This document shows positions 16,761 through 19,618 of a DNA stretch of 19,618 bases, in pieces. The notes under the pieces are model-generated. The model was not told where the DNA came from and did not search any database. It saw only the letters and a list, made by a program, of their open reading frames with translations. Positions within the stretch are counted from its first letter, which is position 1. Each line of letters starts with the position of its first letter. The translations under genes were made by a program, and so were the position numbers. The DNA comes from a virus (taxonomy: Duplodnaviria; Heunggongvirae; Uroviricota; Caudoviricetes): IMG/VR virus record IMGVR_UViG_2526164630_000049; one strand, written 5' to 3'.

Positions 16761-17460
16761 AAAACATCGCCGCACAGATGGTTAACTTTGACCGTGAGCA
16801 GATGCGTCGAATCGCCAACAACATGCCGGTACAGTACGACGAAAAGCCGCAGGTACAACAGGTAGCGCAGATCATCAACGGTGTGTTCAGCCAGTTACTG
16901 GCAACTTTCCCGGCGAGTCTGGCTAACCGGGACCAGAACGAACTGAATGAAATCCGCCGCCAGTGGGTTCTGGCTTTCCGGGAAAACGGGATCACCACAA
17001 TGGAACAGGTTAACGCAGGAATGCGCGTAGCCCGTCGGCAGAATCGACCATTTCTGCCATCACCCGGGCAGTTTTGTTGCATGGTGCCGGGAAGAAGCAT
17101 CCGTTATCGCCGGACTGCCAAACGTCAGCGAGCTGGTTGATTATGGTTTACGAGTATTGCCGGAAGCGAGGCCTGTATCCGGATGCGGAGTCTTATCCGT
17201 GGAAATCAAACGCGCACTACTGGCTGGTTACCAACCTGTATCAGAACATGCGGGCCAATGCGCTTACTGATGCGGAATTACGCCGTAAGGCCGCAGATGA
17301 GCTTGTCCATATGACTGCGAGAATTAACCGTGGTGAGGCGATCCCTGAACCAGTAAAACAACTTCCTGTCATGGGCGGCAGACCTCTAAATCGTGCACAG
17401 GCTCTGGCGAAGATCGCAGAAATTAAAGCTAAGTTCGGACTGAAAGGAGCAAGAGTATGA
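16757..17460 (+). pseudogene. P: Replication protein P (helicase loader), disrupted by two 1-nt insertions
   Basis: N-terminal ORF 16757-17140 matches lambda P up to ...LPSPGQF; the C-terminal part (MVYEYCRKRGLYPDAESYPW ... KFGLKGARV) is in another frame (track ORF 17074-17460). The wt-like intervening segment VAWCREEASV.AGLPNVSELVD is readable only in the third frame. Insertions map to the T4 run at 17072-17075 and to GATTATGG at 17139-17146. The span is 704 nt, i.e. 3n+2. Confidence 0.65.
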
Positions 17461-17747
17461 CGGGCAAAGAGGCAATTATTCATTACCTCGGGACGCATAA
17501 GAACTTCTGTGCACAGGACGTTTCCGCGGTAACAGGCGCAACCGTAACCAGCATAAATCAGGCTGCGGCTAAAATGGCGCGGGCAGGAATCCTGATCATT
17601 GATGGTAAGGTCTGGCGAACGGTGTATTACCGGTTTGCTACCAGGGAAGAACGGGAAGGAACGGTGAGCACGAACCTGATTTTTAAGGAGTGTCGCCAGA
17701 GTGCAGCGATGAAACGGGTATTGGCGGTATATGGAGTTAAAAGATGA
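17457..17747 (+). CDS. ren: Ren (Rex-exclusion) protein
   Basis: 96 aa, near-identical in my recollection to lambda Ren (MTGKEAIIHYLGTH ... AMKRVLAVYGVKR); start overlaps the P stop. Confidence 0.8.
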   Translation: MTGKEAIIHYLGTHKNFCAQDVSAVTGATVTSINQAAAKMARAGILIIDGKVWRTVYYRFATREEREGTVSTNLIFKECRQSAAMKRVLAVYGVKR

Positions 17748-17772
17748 CCATCTACATCACTGAGCTAATGAC

Positions 17773-17804
17773 AGGCCTGCTGGTAATCGCAGGCCTTTTT
17801 ATTT
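17773..17804 (+). terminator. Intrinsic terminator downstream of ren (tR2-like)
   Basis: AGGCCTGC-TGGTAATC-GCAGGCCT followed by TTTTTATTT. Confidence 0.65.
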
Positions 17805-17817
17805 GGGGGAGAGGGAA

Positions 17818-18177
17818 GTGAACGATAGCTACCGACAGTTTGAAAACTGGTGGTCAAAAGACAAAAGCCAGTTCACGGGAGACGATGAATTAAAAGAGTT
17901 TGCCTGGGTGATATGGCAGGCATCGCGCTCTGCTATTGAACTGGATATCGACTGGCCCGAATCGAATGACGACCTTTGGAAAGATGGTGAAGAAGGTGCT
18001 TATGCGATGGGTTATGAGGATGGGCGTGACAAAACGGTAATTGCAGTAATGAAAGCCATCAGGGCCGCAGGAATCAAAGAAAGATTTCGATTAAGCAAAT
18101 ATCACTTCAATAAATCGCTTTTAAGGTCATCACAATCGCTCTGTGGTGAGGTAAGCACGTGCAAGGCATGCCGATAA
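17818..18177 (+). CDS. Hypothetical nin-region protein
   Basis: Track ORF 17803-18177 begins with TTG; the GTG at 17818 preceded by GAGGGAAG is the more plausible start. Acidic, Trp-rich. No recognised family. Confidence 0.45.
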   Translation: MNDSYRQFENWWSKDKSQFTGDDELKEFAWVIWQASRSAIELDIDWPESNDDLWKDGEEGAYAMGYEDGRDKTVIAVMKAIRAAGIKERFRLSKYHFNKSLLRSSQSLCGEVSTCKACR

Positions 18178-18228
18178 GCAGCGAGAAATGAAAAATGCGT
18201 CAGAATGCGTTTGAGGAGGTTTTAAGAA

Positions 18229-18444
18229 ATGAGTACGATAGCTGAGCTTGTCAGGGCTAATTTTCGTGAAGAGTTGGTGCGTTGGTATCGGTATCGTTCA
18301 TCGTCCAGTTTGCCGCTTGATGAGTTGTATGAGCATTCACCTGCCGCACGACGCTATCCGCGTGACCGTGTTCTTCGACGGTTGTTCAAACTCAACAATG
18401 AGTTTCAGCGCAACAGAATTATCCGGAGTCTGGATTTTAAGTGA
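18229..18444 (+). CDS. Small hypothetical nin-region protein
   Basis: 71 aa; ATG at 18229 preceded by a strong SD (GAGGAGG at 18213-18219). Confidence 0.5.
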   Translation: MSTIAELVRANFREELVRWYRYRSSSSLPLDELYEHSPAARRYPRDRVLRRLFKLNNEFQRNRIIRSLDFK

Positions 18445-18454
18445 AGGAGTGAGC

Positions 18455-18692
18455 ATGAGCGACCTATCATTAACCCAGCCAAAGCTAAAAGAATGTCCGT
18501 TTTGCGGCGGTAATGCTCGTCTGTGGGTTGAGGCCGGAATAAATATTGATGTGTGGGGCTATGCAGAATGTGACCTCTGTGAAGCCAGGGGGGCATGGGC
18601 ACCATCAGTTGCTGCGGCGGACTGAAAAATGGAACCGGAGAGCAGGAGATGAAGCAAACCTTTCTGCTTCGCAACGAAGCAATCAGAAATAA
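18455..18692 (+). pseudogene. Lar-like restriction-alleviation zinc-ribbon protein, frameshifted in a G6 run
   Basis: ATG at 18455 with SD AAGGAG; MSDLSLTQPKLKECPFCGG...CDLCEA zinc-ribbon. The current frame ends at 18625, but with one fewer G in GGGGGG (18588-18593) the frame continues through ...EKWNRRAGD to a stop at 18690-18692. The span is 238 nt, i.e. 3n+1. Confidence 0.45.
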
Positions 18693-19094
18693 CGCCATAG
18701 ACGCCATTCTCTCACTACCCATCGACGACAAGTCACCCCACGAAGTCCACGTTAAAGAACCCAAGCGCAGCAAAGCGCAGAATGACCGCATGTGGCCGAT
18801 GCTGAACGATGTTTCGCGTCAGGTGCTATGGCATGGTCAACGGCTGGCGCCGGAAGACTGGAAAGACCTGTTCACTGCCCTGTGGCTTAAGACCAAAAAC
18901 TGGAGCAACGAAGTGTGCCTGGTATCGACGGTGGCGTTGTCATGCTTGGCGTGCGTACCAGCAAAATGCGGAAGGCCAGCATGACTGAGCTTATCGAAAT
19001 CATGTTCTGGTTCGGCTCAGAGCGCAACGTGCGGTGGAGTGATGACTCCTGGCGAGAGTATGAATGGTCACAACGAAAAGGTAGGGCTGCATGA
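18649..19094 (+). pseudogene. ninB: NinB (Orf/recombination mediator) homolog, frameshifted in an A5 run
   Basis: ATG at 18649 (MKQTFLLRNEAIRNNAIDAILSLP ... QNDRMWPMLNDVSRQVLWHGQ) resembles lambda NinB. The C-terminal NinB-like sequence (...GVVMLGVRTSKMRKASMTELIEIMFWFGSERNVRWSDD...) is in the -1 frame, ending at 19092-19094. The shift maps near ACCAAAAACTGG (about 18893-18904). The span is 446 nt, i.e. 3n-1. Confidence 0.55.
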
Positions 19095-19618
19095 CTATCA
19101 AATCAAATACGCCAGCACACGACAAGGACTGCTGGCAAACGCCGCTTTGGCTTTTTGATGCACTGGATATTGAGTTTGGATTCTGGCTGGATTCGGCAGC
19201 GAGCGACAAAAATGCTCTGTGCGCTCACTGGCTAACTGAGGCCGACGACGCGCTCAATTCTGAGTGGATAAGCCACGGTGCAATCTGGAATAACCCACCG
19301 TACAGCAATATCAGGCCGTGGGTGGAAAAAGCCGCTGAGCAGTGCATACAACAGCGACAGACGGTAGTGATGCTTGTGCCAGAGGATATGTCTGTCGGAT
19401 GGTTCAGCAAGGCTCTGGAGAGTGTTGACGAAGTTCGCATTATCACTGATGGACGGATTAATTTTATCGAACCATCGACAGGGCTGGAGAAGAAGGGAAA
19501 CAGTAAAGGCTCCATGCTGCTGATTTGGCGACCGTTCATCAGTCCTCGACGGATGTTTACTACCGTATCCAAAGCGGCATTGATGGCGATCGGGCAGGGC
19601 GTCAGGAGGGCGGCATGA
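19091..19618 (+). CDS. Phage DNA N6-adenine methyltransferase (Dam-like)
   Basis: 175 aa with an NPPY catalytic motif (AIWNNPPYSN). The start overlaps the NinB-frame stop (ATGA). The stop codon is the last 3 bases of the window. Confidence 0.7.
   Translation: MTIKSNTPAHDKDCWQTPLWLFDALDIEFGFWLDSAASDKNALCAHWLTEADDALNSEWISHGAIWNNPPYSNIRPWVEKAAEQCIQQRQTVVMLVPEDMSVGWFSKALESVDEVRIITDGRINFIEPSTGLEKKGNSKGSMLLIWRPFISPRRMFTTVSKAALMAIGQGVRRAA

Noticed and set aside
16409-17100. Minus-strand ORFs 16409-16732, 16491-16685 and 16669-17100
   Set aside because: Antisense to O and P, whose homology is unambiguous despite the frameshifts.
18405-18791. 128-aa minus-strand ORF antisense to the Lar-like and ninB genes
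   Set aside because: Antisense shadow ORF.
19000-19572. Minus-strand ORFs 19000-19209 and 19225-19572
   Set aside because: Antisense to the NinB C-terminus and to the methyltransferase gene, which has an NPPY motif.

Overview
This window is the left half of an integrated lambdoid prophage, beginning at a truncated host prfC 5' end (attL side) and running through int, the early-left recombination genes, the immunity region and the replication/nin region. Left arm: tyrosine integrase, an AT-rich two-gene cargo module, xis, DUF551/Ea22-like/TraR-like small genes, exo-bet-gam-kil-cIII. Centre: an N antiterminator homolog, then an AT-rich immunity-region operon encoding a eukaryotic-like protein kinase (Stk-like, as I recall from Stx phage 933W) whose upstream gene is split by a complete IS629-like IS3-family element. 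Right arm: cI, oR, cro, cII, O with a six-iteron origin, P, ren, small nin-region genes, NinB and an adenine methyltransferase. Lambda-like gene order and protein motifs are read directly from the translations; family names come from memory, not from a search. The most striking feature is that N, cI, O, P, a Lar-like gene, NinB and one hypothetical gene are each broken by single-base indels, mostly in homopolymer runs, while int, exo, bet, stk and the IS are intact. This means either a grounded, non-inducible prophage or homopolymer assembly errors; I cannot distinguish these from sequence alone. The best candidates for something undescribed are the membrane-protein cargo pair at 1780-3332 and the unannotated partners of the kinase.
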